From IMG/VR virus record IMGVR_UViG_2582581314_000001, positions 29,903 to 93,902 of that record: a stretch of 64,000 nt of DNA, one strand, 5' to 3'. The translations under genes and the position numbers were made by a program. This DNA is from a virus (lineage: Duplodnaviria; Caudoviricetes). The notes under the pieces were generated by a model. The model did no database searches, was not told the DNA's origin, and saw nothing but the letters and a program-made list of their open reading frames with translations. Every line of letters begins with the position of its first letter. The first letter of the stretch is position 1. Below, one piece after another: positions 19,566 to 28,195 of the stretch.

Positions 19566-20675
19566 TCACCGCTTGCCGCAGCAGGGGGCCACTGAGCGAG
19601 CAGGCGCGGGCAGATACGTAAAGCCGTCCGCCCCTTCGAGCCCACTCAGGTGTCGGGCCTCGTTCTGCCGACAGGTGATGAACAGCGGGCGGCCCACCCA
19701 CTGGCGGTTGAGCTCATCGATGGCGGCGGCTCTGCGCTCCGAGGGAAGCTCATCGAAGCCGTCGAAGATGGGGAACACGCGCCCACCCTCGATGAGACGG
19801 CGGGACAGTGTGGGGCGCAGACCCAAGTACTTCTTCAGTGTGCTGATGACATAGTCCTCACATGACGTGACGTCAGGGTTCCAGTCCCTCATCTGGACCC
19901 CCACAGGGATTCGCCGACGCTCATTCGCCGGCACGTCAAGCAGCCGGTGAGCGATCAACCCGCGGTAGCGGGGCCTGGCTGATCCTGGAGGACTGGCGAG
20001 GATGACGCGGCCTTCTGCGGGCCTCTTGAACAAGAGCCTGTTCATTTTGTGCTGACGGTAGCTGGACCGGATCACAAGGATGAGGGTGATGAATGCAGCC
20101 ATGGCGCCTGCGCCCATGGCAAACCACATCAAATAGGCTCCGGCGACTGCGACCATAAGGGCCATTCCGCCGGCGACACCGGCTCGCATCGCGATCTCGA
20201 CCGCGGAGGTTGGCGCTGCATGACGCCCACGCTTCGGCCGGCGCGCGCTTCGATTCTGGAGTCCAGCCTTCACGCTGGCCTTCGCTGCGAGGAATCCGCC
20301 ACCTGCGGCCAGCGGAATCGCGAAGGTCATGCCGTCGATGAATCGCAGGAACCAGTGACGGTCACGGTTTTCGAGGATGCTCCAGAGCTCTGCCTTCCAC
20401 TCCTGACCTTGGTACTCCCATTCCGCCTTCGGCATGCCGAGCCTGGCGAACTTGAGGATAAGGAAGGGCAGACGCAGCGTCATCTTCCGCGTCAGCGCCA
20501 TGGCCACCTCATAGAGCATGGCAGCGGGGATCGCGACGACGAGTGCGGTGCGCCAGCCTACGAAGTCCTCGCCGAGGAACGTCGGTCCGTGCTCGGCGGA
20601 CTTGCCCGCCAGCTCGGCGACGATGCCGTGGTACATGAGGCTTAGATCCCCTCCGCGACAGGGCCTGCGTTCCAC
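19566..20675 (-). CDS. Membrane protein with truncated/degenerate NACHT-like NTPase C-terminus
   Basis: Several TM helices; IFDGFDEL Walker B and FITCR; Walker A degenerate (ASPPGSAR); start may be ATG 20636-20638 region. Confidence 0.6.
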   Translation of the reverse strand: MERRPCRGGDLSLMYHGIVAELAGKSAEHGPTFLGEDFVGWRTALVVAIPAAMLYEVAMALTRKMTLRLPFLILKFARLGMPKAEWEYQGQEWKAELWSILENRDRHWFLRFIDGMTFAIPLAAGGGFLAAKASVKAGLQNRSARRPKRGRHAAPTSAVEIAMRAGVAGGMALMVAVAGAYLMWFAMGAGAMAAFITLILVIRSSYRQHKMNRLLFKRPAEGRVILASPPGSARPRYRGLIAHRLLDVPANERRRIPVGVQMRDWNPDVTSCEDYVISTLKKYLGLRPTLSRRLIEGGRVFPIFDGFDELPSERRAAAIDELNRQWVGRPLFITCRQNEARHLSGLEGADGFTYLPAPARSVAPCCGKR

Positions 20676-20980
20676 CCCGGCGACGAGGCCGGCGGCCTTA
20701 CGCGGTGACTAAGTTCGGCCAGCGCCAGGTGCGCCTCTCGGGCACCACGGGCAGTCAGGGTGTAGTAGCGGCGGGCCGGGCGGCCTGCTTCGCTCGGGTC
20801 GATGTCTTCGGCCTTGCCCTCGACCCAGCCGGCCCCCTCGAAGCGCCGGAGCGCGGGGTAGAGGGATCCGCTGGAAACGTGGGCCTTCTTGATCAGCTCC
20901 ATGCCGAAGTGAGGCTCGTCCGGGTCTTCAAGGAAGGCCTGGAGCAACCTCACGACTGCGGGCGTGAGTTTGAAGTCCAT
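20642..20980 (-). CDS. PadR-family transcriptional regulator
   Basis: FGMELIK..SSGSLYPALRRFE.AGWV...RPARRYYTLT. Confidence 0.88.
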   Translation of the reverse strand: MDFKLTPAVVRLLQAFLEDPDEPHFGMELIKKAHVSSGSLYPALRRFEGAGWVEGKAEDIDPSEAGRPARRYYTLTARGAREAHLALAELSHRVRPPASSPGWNAGPVAEGI

Positions 20981-21082
20981 GGACAGAGAGTACACCCCCT
21001 CAGTCACCACCCGACATAGGTATGAACAGTAAACTCGCCACCCGATATAGGGGGTTGAGCAGAGCGGGAGGTCAGAGACAGG

Positions 21083-21116
21083 GAAGGCCCCCGCCATGGC
21101 GTGGGCGGGGGCCTTC
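21083..21116 (-). terminator. Hairpin terminator just downstream of phage tRNA
   Basis: gaaggcccccgcc-atggcgtg-ggcgggggccttc inverted repeat 4 nt after CCA. Confidence 0.7.
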
Positions 21117-21119
21117 ATA

Positions 21120-21193
21120 TGGAGCGCCGGCCACGACTTGAACGTGGTCCTTCCCCCTGGAAGGGGGCCGTGCGGCGGTTACACCTCCGGCGC
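21120..21193 (-). tRNA. Non-canonical tRNA-Gly(TCC)
   Basis: Reverse complement GCGCCGG AG GTGT AACCGCC GCAC G GCCCC CTTCCAG GGGGA AGGA CCACG TTCAAGT CGTGG CCGGCGC T CCA: full cloverleaf, Gly identity (G1-C72, C2-G71, U73, TCC) but A8, no D-loop GG, G-A at top of anticodon stem. Confidence 0.82.
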
Positions 21194-21455
21194 GTGGCCC
21201 GATCGTGCCGCTGCTCGAAACGACCGGACGTCCGGATCGTACATCAGCCCTACCGCCATGGCGATCATGGAAACGTCCTCTCGTGGCTGGTAGGCGGGGC
21301 GGAAGTCCGGCCGGGATGGCCGTGGTTCCGCCTGTGGCCGCCTCGTTGCGCGGGCTTGGGGTGGTGGAGGGCTCGGGGGATTGGACGGCTTAGACGGGCT
21401 GGAGGCCAGGGAACAGGTCGAGTTGGTCCGCGGTACGGTCCTCGGCCTGCCGGGC

Positions 21456-21508
21456 GAGCGCCATAGAGGCCCGGGACACCGTCCGTGTCCCGGGCCTCTA
21501 TGGCGCTC
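21456..21508. terminator. Long perfect hairpin ending the accessory operon
   Basis: gagcgccatagaggcccgggacac-cgtcc-gtgtcccgggcctctatggcgctc. Confidence 0.7.
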
Positions 21509-21519
21509 GCTGAGGTTGG

Positions 21520-21861
21520 TCAGTTGGCAGTGGGTCGGTCGCACGGCCAGCACGCGGTCAGGCCGTACTTGGCGTAGATGAGGGCGCCCGCCTTGTTCTC
21601 GAACTGGGCGGCGCCCTCGGTGTCGTGGTCGCACTGGTGGTGGAGAAGGCCGATCCTGGTGGTGCGCAGGGTGACCCCGTCGTCCCCTCGGATGACGTAC
21701 GGTTCTCCGCCCTCGGTGTCGTACACATGGTGCCTGTCCGGGCCGTCGCCCTCGGCGGGCTCGATGCGGTTCAGGACGGCGATCGCGGTCGGGGCGATGA
21801 CGAGGGTCACGCTGCTGGTGATCTCCACGGCGTACGGGGTGGCGGGCTCGCTGGTGGTCAT
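21520..21861 (-). CDS. Hypothetical protein
   Basis: GGAAGG RBS, plausible composition, flanked by hairpins. Confidence 0.6.
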   Translation of the reverse strand: MTTSEPATPYAVEITSSVTLVIAPTAIAVLNRIEPAEGDGPDRHHVYDTEGGEPYVIRGDDGVTLRTTRIGLLHHQCDHDTEGAAQFENKAGALIYAKYGLTACWPCDRPTAN

Positions 21862-21949
21862 GGATGCCTTCCGGGTGGATCTGGTTGGATCGTGGTGAGG
21901 CCGGGGAGCGCTGCCTGCTCCCCGGCCTCATCTGCTGCTTTCAGGCAGG

Positions 21950-22570
21950 TCAGCTCTGCGCCGCCGGCTGCACCTCGGCCGCCTCAGATGCGGCCAGGAC
22001 GTGGACGGCGGACCGCGCACCGGCCGGGCGGGGGCCGTAGCACAGGTACTCGCCCCACTCGTCGTTCACGCGCTTGCCGGAGCTGTCCCAGATGAGCAGT
22101 CGGCTGCACTGGGCGCACTTCCCGGCGTCCTCCCCCGGTGTCCCGTGCGGCTGGTCGTCGGCGGTCGGGGCGGTGTCCTGCGCCTGGTCCTTGTAGGGGT
22201 CCTCGGGCAGGGCGACGAGGAACCCGCCGGACTCGCGCGGGATCGGCTTCCAGTCGGCCGCACGAAGCAGGCTGTTGGAGCGGTTGAAGGAGAGCATGTC
22301 GAGCAGCGTGTCCCGGATGTGCTGCCGGGTCGGGGCGCTCATCTTGCGGAACATGGCCCCGTCGTTGAACCGCCAGATGGTGTCCTCGCCGTCGCGCACG
22401 GAGGTCAGCACGCTGCCGTTGACGGTGATGGCGGTGGCTGTGGGCAGCTCTTCGCGGATCAGGTGGGCGATGAGGAGGAGGCCACGGTCGATGACCTCGC
22501 GCCGCTTCTTGCCGGCGTCCCGGTAGGCGTCCTCGAAGTATTCAGTCCAGAAGGCCTTGTTGGCGGGCAT
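21950..22570 (-). CDS. Hypothetical protein (FEDAY family domain)
   Basis: MPANKAFWTEYFEDAY; GAAGGG RBS. Confidence 0.65.
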   Translation of the reverse strand: MPANKAFWTEYFEDAYRDAGKKRREVIDRGLLLIAHLIREELPTATAITVNGSVLTSVRDGEDTIWRFNDGAMFRKMSAPTRQHIRDTLLDMLSFNRSNSLLRAADWKPIPRESGGFLVALPEDPYKDQAQDTAPTADDQPHGTPGEDAGKCAQCSRLLIWDSSGKRVNDEWGEYLCYGPRPAGARSAVHVLAASEAAEVQPAAQS

Positions 22571-22652
22571 GACGGCTGTCCCTTCGTCGTGTCTGGTGGG
22601 AGGTTGGATTGCGGGGCCGGGGGCACTGCCTGCCCCCGGCCCTCGTGGGTGG

Positions 22653-23399
22653 CTAGGAGTTCGCCCGGTCGAAGCCCTGGAGGGCGACAACGGTCTGGTG
22701 GAGGTTCTCCACGCCGTAGATGCCGATTCCGGCGACGTCGATGGCGGTGAGGTCGTCGTCCGCGATGAACGCGATCGTGCAGCCGCTGGCGATGGCGGAG
22801 CGGACGGCTTCGTTGACGTCGGGCACGGGCCGCACTCGGCCGTCGAGGCCGAGTTGGCCGATGAACGCGACGTTGGCCATGGCGTTGGGGCCGTAGTGTC
22901 CTGCCGCGCCGAGGATCGCGCAGGCGATGGCGAGGTCGTGCATGCTGCCCAAGGGGCGGGCGGCGACGCTCTCGACCGTGACCGTGACGCGACCAGCGGG
23001 CCAGTCGTAGCCGCCGTTGATGATGGCGGCACGGGTGCGGTCCCTTGTCTCCCGCTCGTGGCTGACGCCTTCGACGATGTACGAGTGGTGGGTGGGGCTG
23101 ACCGTCGCATGGATCACGGCGGCGGAGTCGCTGGCGGCACGCACCTTGGCCCGGCCGCGACTTGGAGTGGTCCGCTCGGCGGGCCAGGCGACTCCCCGGC
23201 CGTGGCCGTCGGCGTCGACGACGAGGCCTGTGCGGTACACGGCGTCTCCCGCCACGTAGTTCGGGGTGGTGACGTCGTTGAGGATCCCGTCGGGCTGGGT
23301 GTCGAGGACCACGTACTTCAGGTTGTAGGGGTTGCCGTCTTCGGTGAGGACGGCATCGCGGATGACGCCGATGCGGGTCGGGCGGGCGATGGTGGCCAT
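22653..23399 (-). CDS. Protein with ComM/ChlI N-terminal (Lon-C-like) domain, no ATPase
   Basis: RETRDRTRAAIINGGYDWP.GRVTV...GSMHDLAIACAIL...FIGQLGLDGRVRPV; AAGGAG RBS. Confidence 0.78.
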   Translation of the reverse strand: MATIARPTRIGVIRDAVLTEDGNPYNLKYVVLDTQPDGILNDVTTPNYVAGDAVYRTGLVVDADGHGRGVAWPAERTTPSRGRAKVRAASDSAAVIHATVSPTHHSYIVEGVSHERETRDRTRAAIINGGYDWPAGRVTVTVESVAARPLGSMHDLAIACAILGAAGHYGPNAMANVAFIGQLGLDGRVRPVPDVNEAVRSAIASGCTIAFIADDDLTAIDVAGIGIYGVENLHQTVVALQGFDRANS

Positions 23400-23479
23400 T
23401 CCGGTGCTCCTTGGGTTGGTGGCTGGGCTGGTGCGAGAAGGCCGGGGAGCGCTGCCTGCTCCCCGGCCCCGCTGGGCGG

Positions 23480-24418
23480 TTACTTGTCGGCGACTGCCTT
23501 GAGGAAGGCCAGGGCGTCGTGTAGGTCGCGCACGCCGACCAGGGCGACGTCCGGGTGTGAGGTGGCGGCCTCGGCTGCCTGCTCTTCGGAGACCACGAAC
23601 TTCTGATCGCCGACCGCAATTGCGGACCGCATGAGGACGTCGAGGTTGTGGACTGGGCGCACCCGGCCGTCGAGGTCGAGTTGGCCGATCAGGGTCACGC
23701 CGCTCACGGCGCTCGGGGGGATGTGGCCGGAGGCGGCGAGGGCGGTGCAGGCCAGTGCGAGGTCGGCGGCTGAGCTGCCGCGTTCCATCGTCCAGTGGGC
23801 AGTGACGTTCAGCTCGCCGAGCGCCCACTGGATGTCGCTGTTGACGATGCCCGCGCGAATCCGTTCGGCGGTCCCCCGGACGTACTTCGGGTTCGGGCCG
23901 GTGAGCTTGAAGGCGTACTCCCCCGGTGTGAACTCGGCGTGCACCTTGGCCGGGCCTTCCGGGGTGGGGAAGTAGCTGGTTGCGGTCTGCCGCACGGCCA
24001 GTGCCGAGTGGTCGGCTGCCTCCGGTGCCGGGGCTTCCGGCAGGCGGATCGTGCGGAAGGGCAGGCCCTGCGGGGCCGCCTTCCAGCCTGCTGCGCCGGC
24101 CAGGCTGCCGAAGGGCGTCGTGTCGGAGAGGATGCCCTTGACCTCGTCGGTGATGCTGTCGGGCAGGCCGTGTCCCGCAGCGGTCGGGGCGTGCCACAGG
24201 ACGTTGCCCTTGGCGTCCGCCGCCTCGTGCAGCTCCATCTCGTCGGTGTCGACGGTGAGCGTCGCGGCTTCGGGCAGGTGCGTACGGACGAGGTGGGCGG
24301 CGTACGCGACCGCGCGGGAGTAGAGGGTGCGTCGGGCAACGCTGGCGGCCTGGTAGGCGTCCTCGAAGGACTTGGAGTGGACGGCCGTTTCAAGGTCGGT
24401 GTGCAGGCTGTCAGCCAT
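23480..24418 (-). CDS. FEDAY-domain / ComM-N-domain fusion, no ATPase
   Basis: ERIRAGIVNS...GSSAADLALAC...LIGQLDLDGRVRPV; GAGG RBS. Confidence 0.75.
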   Translation of the reverse strand: MADSLHTDLETAVHSKSFEDAYQAASVARRTLYSRAVAYAAHLVRTHLPEAATLTVDTDEMELHEAADAKGNVLWHAPTAAGHGLPDSITDEVKGILSDTTPFGSLAGAAGWKAAPQGLPFRTIRLPEAPAPEAADHSALAVRQTATSYFPTPEGPAKVHAEFTPGEYAFKLTGPNPKYVRGTAERIRAGIVNSDIQWALGELNVTAHWTMERGSSAADLALACTALAASGHIPPSAVSGVTLIGQLDLDGRVRPVHNLDVLMRSAIAVGDQKFVVSEEQAAEAATSHPDVALVGVRDLHDALAFLKAVADK

Positions 24419-24543
24419 GTGGCGTTTCCTCTCGTGGTGGTGGGGTGCTGCCCGGGGTGGGCTGGCGCGGCGGTTCCTGGGCGGGCGGCACGCATCGGGT
24501 CGTGCGGCCTGCTCAGGGGGCGGCCGGCTGGCCGCCCGGCCGG

Positions 24544-24753
24544 TCAGGAGTTGCCGAACTCGCAGTACTCGCAGAACACCGCCCGGACCTCGCCGTTGTT
24601 GCCGGTGAGCGCGGTCAGCTCGCTCCCGCAGTCCTCGCAGGTGCCGAGGCTCTCGGTGGGGGTGGGGGTCGTGATGAGCGCCTCGGTGGGCGCGGTGGGG
24701 ACCTCCGCCTTGACGGGGGTCGTGGTGGTGGGGGTGAGGCGGACGTTCAGCAT
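24544..24753 (-). CDS. Small zinc-ribbon protein
   Basis: CEDC...CEYC; AGGAAGG RBS directly after repeat 1. Confidence 0.6.
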   Translation of the reverse strand: MLNVRLTPTTTTPVKAEVPTAPTEALITTPTPTESLGTCEDCGSELTALTGNNGEVRAVFCEYCEFGNS

Positions 24754-24787
24754 GGCTTGCGCCTTCCTGTGCGAGTTGGTGTGTTTT

Positions 24788-24877
24788 TGAACTACTTTCA
24801 TTCTTCCCGAATCGACTTGCCCTAGCCAGTTTAGACAAGCTGATTCAGTAAAAGAACTTCTAAGAAACCGCAGGTCA
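24788..24877 (-). repeat. ~90-bp cassette element copy 1
   Basis: attctt-N-cttgccctagccagttt-N-caag...aaaagaacttctaagaaaccgcaggtca. Confidence 0.9.
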
Positions 24878-24955
24878 GGAGGCTGGCGCCGAGCCGTCGG
24901 CTGCCTTGGGTGGGAGGGCCGGGGGACGCTGCCTGTCCCCCGGCCGGGGCGCTGG

Positions 24956-25312
24956 TCAGGTGAGGTCGTCCGCCTTGGTACGCACGGGGAAGCTGGCGAA
25001 GGGGAAGGGATGGGTGAGCTTCCAGCCGTTGCGGGTGAGGGCCTCGGAGGTCTTGCCAAGGCTGAGGACCTGGTCGAGTACGGCGTGGATCGCGGCCCAT
25101 ACGTCGTCGGGCAGGTCGTCATCGTCGAAGGTGACGGGCTGGCCGTCACTGTCGTAGTAGGAGTCCACGATCGCCTCATGGGTGTTGACGAGGAACGTGG
25201 CGACCGTGGGGAGGTGATCGCGGAGGAGGTCACCGATGTGGGCGGAGGCGGCCTCGGTCGCGGCGATGACGGCCTGGGTCGCGGTCTGGAACTCGGTCTC
25301 GAAGCGGCTCAT
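24956..25312 (-). CDS. Hypothetical protein (FEDAY-like family)
   Basis: Sole gene between repeats 1 and 2; GAAGGAAG RBS. Confidence 0.7.
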   Translation of the reverse strand: MSRFETEFQTATQAVIAATEAASAHIGDLLRDHLPTVATFLVNTHEAIVDSYYDSDGQPVTFDDDDLPDDVWAAIHAVLDQVLSLGKTSEALTRNGWKLTHPFPFASFPVRTKADDLT

Positions 25313-25347
25313 CTTGCTTCCTTCCCTTGCCGCCTGTGGTGGTTTGT

Positions 25348-25437
25348 TGATCTACATTCATTCTTCCCGAGTCGGCTTGCCCTAGCCAGTTAGAACAAGC
25401 CGATTCAGTAAAAGAACTTCTAAGAAACCGCAGGTCA
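25348..25437 (-). repeat. ~90-bp cassette element copy 2
   Basis: Same core; its TGA is the stop of the cytosine methyltransferase. Confidence 0.9.
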
Positions 25438-27153
25438 GGCAGCGAGTTCGAAGCGGCTGATCTCCTGGCCGGTGATGCACTCGACGAGCGCGCAGTAGAG
25501 AACCTCGGCGACCGCCGGGGTAACGGCGTTGCCGAGCTGGCGGACCTGGTGCCGCTTCGAGCCGAGGACCTTGTAGCCGGGCCGGAAGGCCATCGCCCGG
25601 TGGATCTCCTTCGGCTGGAGCATGCGAAACAGGATCTCGTCGAGCGTGAAGTTCTTCTTCACCAGCGCATACCGGTCGCGGGTCGGCATGGCCCCGATCG
25701 GCTGGTCGACCGGGCGGGCCTGCCCGTTGCCGTAGTACGGGACGAGCAGGTGCTCGGGCATGTCCACCAGGCCGTGATGGTTGCCTCCGGCCGAGACCGT
25801 GTGGAGCGGGTGGCCGAGGTGCCGCGCCTTCTCCTTGTCGCCACCGCCGCGCATGGGGACCACGAACGGCGCGTGTGCGATGGCGAGTTCCGCGCGGGCC
25901 GTCTGGGTGCGCATCGGCTCGTCCACCCGCATCGGCTTCTTGCCGGTGCGGCCTTCGCAGGGCACGAGGAAGGGCGGGAAGGCGATGCCGTCGGTCTCGA
26001 CCGTTGTGCGGGTCGGCATCGGCACGTCCACGCTGATCGCGTTGTTCCGCCAGGTCCCGCCGGCCGGGACGAGGAGCGGGCCGGGCTCGGCGCCGGGCTC
26101 GGCGTCCATGTCGCCGAACAGCGAGCCTTGGCCGTCTTCTTCGTCCATGCCCCAGCCCCAGTATTGGGCGCCTCCGGCGCGGACGCGGGCGATCGTGGCC
26201 GGGGCGAGGCCCTCGGGGCAGTCGTCCGTCTTCTCCCGGTCGCCGATCGGCGTGCCCAGGATCGAGAAGTCGATGGCCGCTGCTGCCGGGAGGACGGAGG
26301 GCTCAACGATCGCGCGGCAGCGCGCGTTCGGGCACCGGTAGTCGTAGCTCTGGCGGTAGCGCCCCATGTCCTTGCCGGGCTTGCGGAAGACCTGGACGGC
26401 GCGGACCTCTTCGTCGCAGTCGGAGCACCACGCGTCGGGGCGCAGTACCCATTTGTCGAAGTCCGGGTTGCGGCCGATGCTCTCGTGCCAGTAGACGAAG
26501 TACAGCCTGTCCCTGCTTTGTGGGACACGGAGCATGGTGCGCGGGGCGACGTGCATCGAGTTGATGGCGAGGAGCTTCGTGCGGTAGCCCAACTTGTGGA
26601 ACTCGCCCACCCACCGGTCCCACTGGTCCCAGTCCCGGCAGTCGATCACGTTCTCGACCACTCCGGCGAGGACCAGGCCGCCGCGGTTGATGACGCCCCG
26701 CAGGTACATCGGGACTTCTTCCATCAGGGCGCGCGAGCGCTCCTCGGCCGCCCGCCGCTCCTTCTCGCTCTTGAACTCCTCCTCTTCGAAGTCGAAGTCG
26801 CCCTGCATGGTGCGGTCGAAGTCGCGTTTGACGCCCCTGGCTGCGCTCCACTTCGGGCATTCCGGGCTCGCCCAGAAGAGCTGGCAGACCGGCCATTTCT
26901 CGACCGGGGCCCGGCGGATGTCGCCCTTCCACACATCGCAGTCCGGGTTGTTCCACGCGTGCGTGGCGAGGGCGACGTCCCAGTGGTTCGCCGCCCGTGT
27001 GACCTGCACGCCGGGTACCGCGTCCCCGCCCTGCGTGTCGCCGCCGGCCCCGCAGAACCAGCTCATGGCGGTCAGCACGCTGCCGTCGTGCTTGTAGGCG
27101 CGTGCCGGACTGCTGGCTGCCCAGGCCTGAGTGGTGGCGTCTATGTAGGGCAC
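25435..27153 (-). CDS. DNA (cytosine-5) methyltransferase
   Basis: FCGAGG, ASPEC, VENV, QSRDR, LGNAV motifs; GAGGAG RBS before GTG. Confidence 0.92.
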   Translation of the reverse strand: MPYIDATTQAWAASSPARAYKHDGSVLTAMSWFCGAGGDTQGGDAVPGVQVTRAANHWDVALATHAWNNPDCDVWKGDIRRAPVEKWPVCQLFWASPECPKWSAARGVKRDFDRTMQGDFDFEEEEFKSEKERRAAEERSRALMEEVPMYLRGVINRGGLVLAGVVENVIDCRDWDQWDRWVGEFHKLGYRTKLLAINSMHVAPRTMLRVPQSRDRLYFVYWHESIGRNPDFDKWVLRPDAWCSDCDEEVRAVQVFRKPGKDMGRYRQSYDYRCPNARCRAIVEPSVLPAAAAIDFSILGTPIGDREKTDDCPEGLAPATIARVRAGGAQYWGWGMDEEDGQGSLFGDMDAEPGAEPGPLLVPAGGTWRNNAISVDVPMPTRTTVETDGIAFPPFLVPCEGRTGKKPMRVDEPMRTQTARAELAIAHAPFVVPMRGGGDKEKARHLGHPLHTVSAGGNHHGLVDMPEHLLVPYYGNGQARPVDQPIGAMPTRDRYALVKKNFTLDEILFRMLQPKEIHRAMAFRPGYKVLGSKRHQVRQLGNAVTPAVAEVLYCALVECITGQEISRFELAA

Positions 27154-27192
27154 GTCGTTCTCTCCTCGCTGGGGTGGGGGTAGGTGGTGCAC

Positions 27193-27272
27193 TCATTCTT
27201 TTCGAATCGGGTTGCCCTAGCCAGTTTTGACAACCCGATTCAGCAAAAGAACTACTAAGAAATCGCAGGTCA
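27193..27272 (-). repeat. Cassette element copy 3
   Basis: gaatcgggttg-ccctagccagttttga-caacccgattc perfect arms. Confidence 0.9.
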
Positions 27273-28166
27273 GAAGGTCGCTGGCCGGAAGGGAATCAGC
27301 GGGTGCAGGTCGTCGTCCAGCGCGTACCAGCACCAGTCATGGCCCCCGACCGCGTACCGGCCGACCGTGTTTGGCTGGAGGATCTCAGCGGCCTTCTCGT
27401 GCCACTCGCTGCCCAGGTACATCCAGGAGACGACCAGCACCACCGAGTGGAGCGTGCGGTGGCACGTGCCGAGCAGCGTGCGGTCGACCGTGCCGTCCAG
27501 CACGTGCACGGTGTCCACCGAGCCGTGGCCGAACCTGCGGGCCTCGGCCCGGGTGTCTGCCGCGAGCCGCCGGACGGTGTCGAGGTCGAACCATGGCTTC
27601 ACGTACCCGTCGCGCTGGTCGGCGGGGTCCACTTTCGCCGGGTAGCGGTCGCGGTCGTTCGCGCACACCATGACGTCGACCATCGCGCTCAGCGGTGGGG
27701 CCGGGCTGGCTGGGGCGAGGGGGACGGCTGCCGCCCGCAGAAGGTCGAGGCGGTACGCCGGCCGCCCGTTGCGGTCGTCCAGCTCGGAGCACAGTGGGCG
27801 CCAGGTGTCCCGGGTGTCGTCATTCAGGTAGGCCGTCCACTCGCTCATGCCGTGGATGCCGTTCCCGGCCTCGTTCTCACCGACGGCCTCGGTGAAGGTG
27901 CGCTCTCCGCCTGCCGCCGTCCAGTACCGGCCGCTGGGGAACAGTGAGCCGTCCTCTCCTTCAACCAGCTCGACGGCGCTCGCGTCGAACGGGGCGGCGG
28001 GCTCGTGGCCGGTCAGGATGTCGCGGACCGCCGCGGCGGCCGTGACGACCATCGCGCGGCCGAGCCGCTCGTGCGCGGTGTGGGTGGCGTCCAGGGCGGC
28101 GTGCGCGGCGGCGCCGAGGCTGGCGGGGATCTCGTAGGCGGGGCGGGAGGGGGACTGGTCGTTCAT
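27270..28166 (-). CDS. Hypothetical two-domain protein
   Basis: GAGG RBS; stop is TGA of repeat 3; C-terminal domain paralogous to N-terminus of next gene. Confidence 0.7.
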   Translation of the reverse strand: MNDQSPSRPAYEIPASLGAAAHAALDATHTAHERLGRAMVVTAAAAVRDILTGHEPAAPFDASAVELVEGEDGSLFPSGRYWTAAGGERTFTEAVGENEAGNGIHGMSEWTAYLNDDTRDTWRPLCSELDDRNGRPAYRLDLLRAAAVPLAPASPAPPLSAMVDVMVCANDRDRYPAKVDPADQRDGYVKPWFDLDTVRRLAADTRAEARRFGHGSVDTVHVLDGTVDRTLLGTCHRTLHSVVLVVSWMYLGSEWHEKAAEILQPNTVGRYAVGGHDWCWYALDDDLHPLIPFRPATF

Positions 28167-28195
28167 GAGACGTCCTCGTTTCGTGTGGGTGGAGG

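Larger units (their letters stand above)
21897..24945. repeat. Four intergenic hairpins with conserved CTGCC loop (21897-21929, 22614-22642, 23440-23468, 24917-24945)
   Basis: ggccgggg(agc/gca/gac)..ctgcc..(gct/tgc/gtc)ccccggcc with compensatory stem changes. Confidence 0.75.

Noticed and set aside
21120-21193. Reading the phage tRNA as Trp(CCA) or as an att remnant
   Set aside because: The 7-nt loop CT-TCC-AG places TCC at 34-36, and G1/C2/G3 with U73 match Gly; the molecule is full length with paired stems and does not match the host tRNAs in the window
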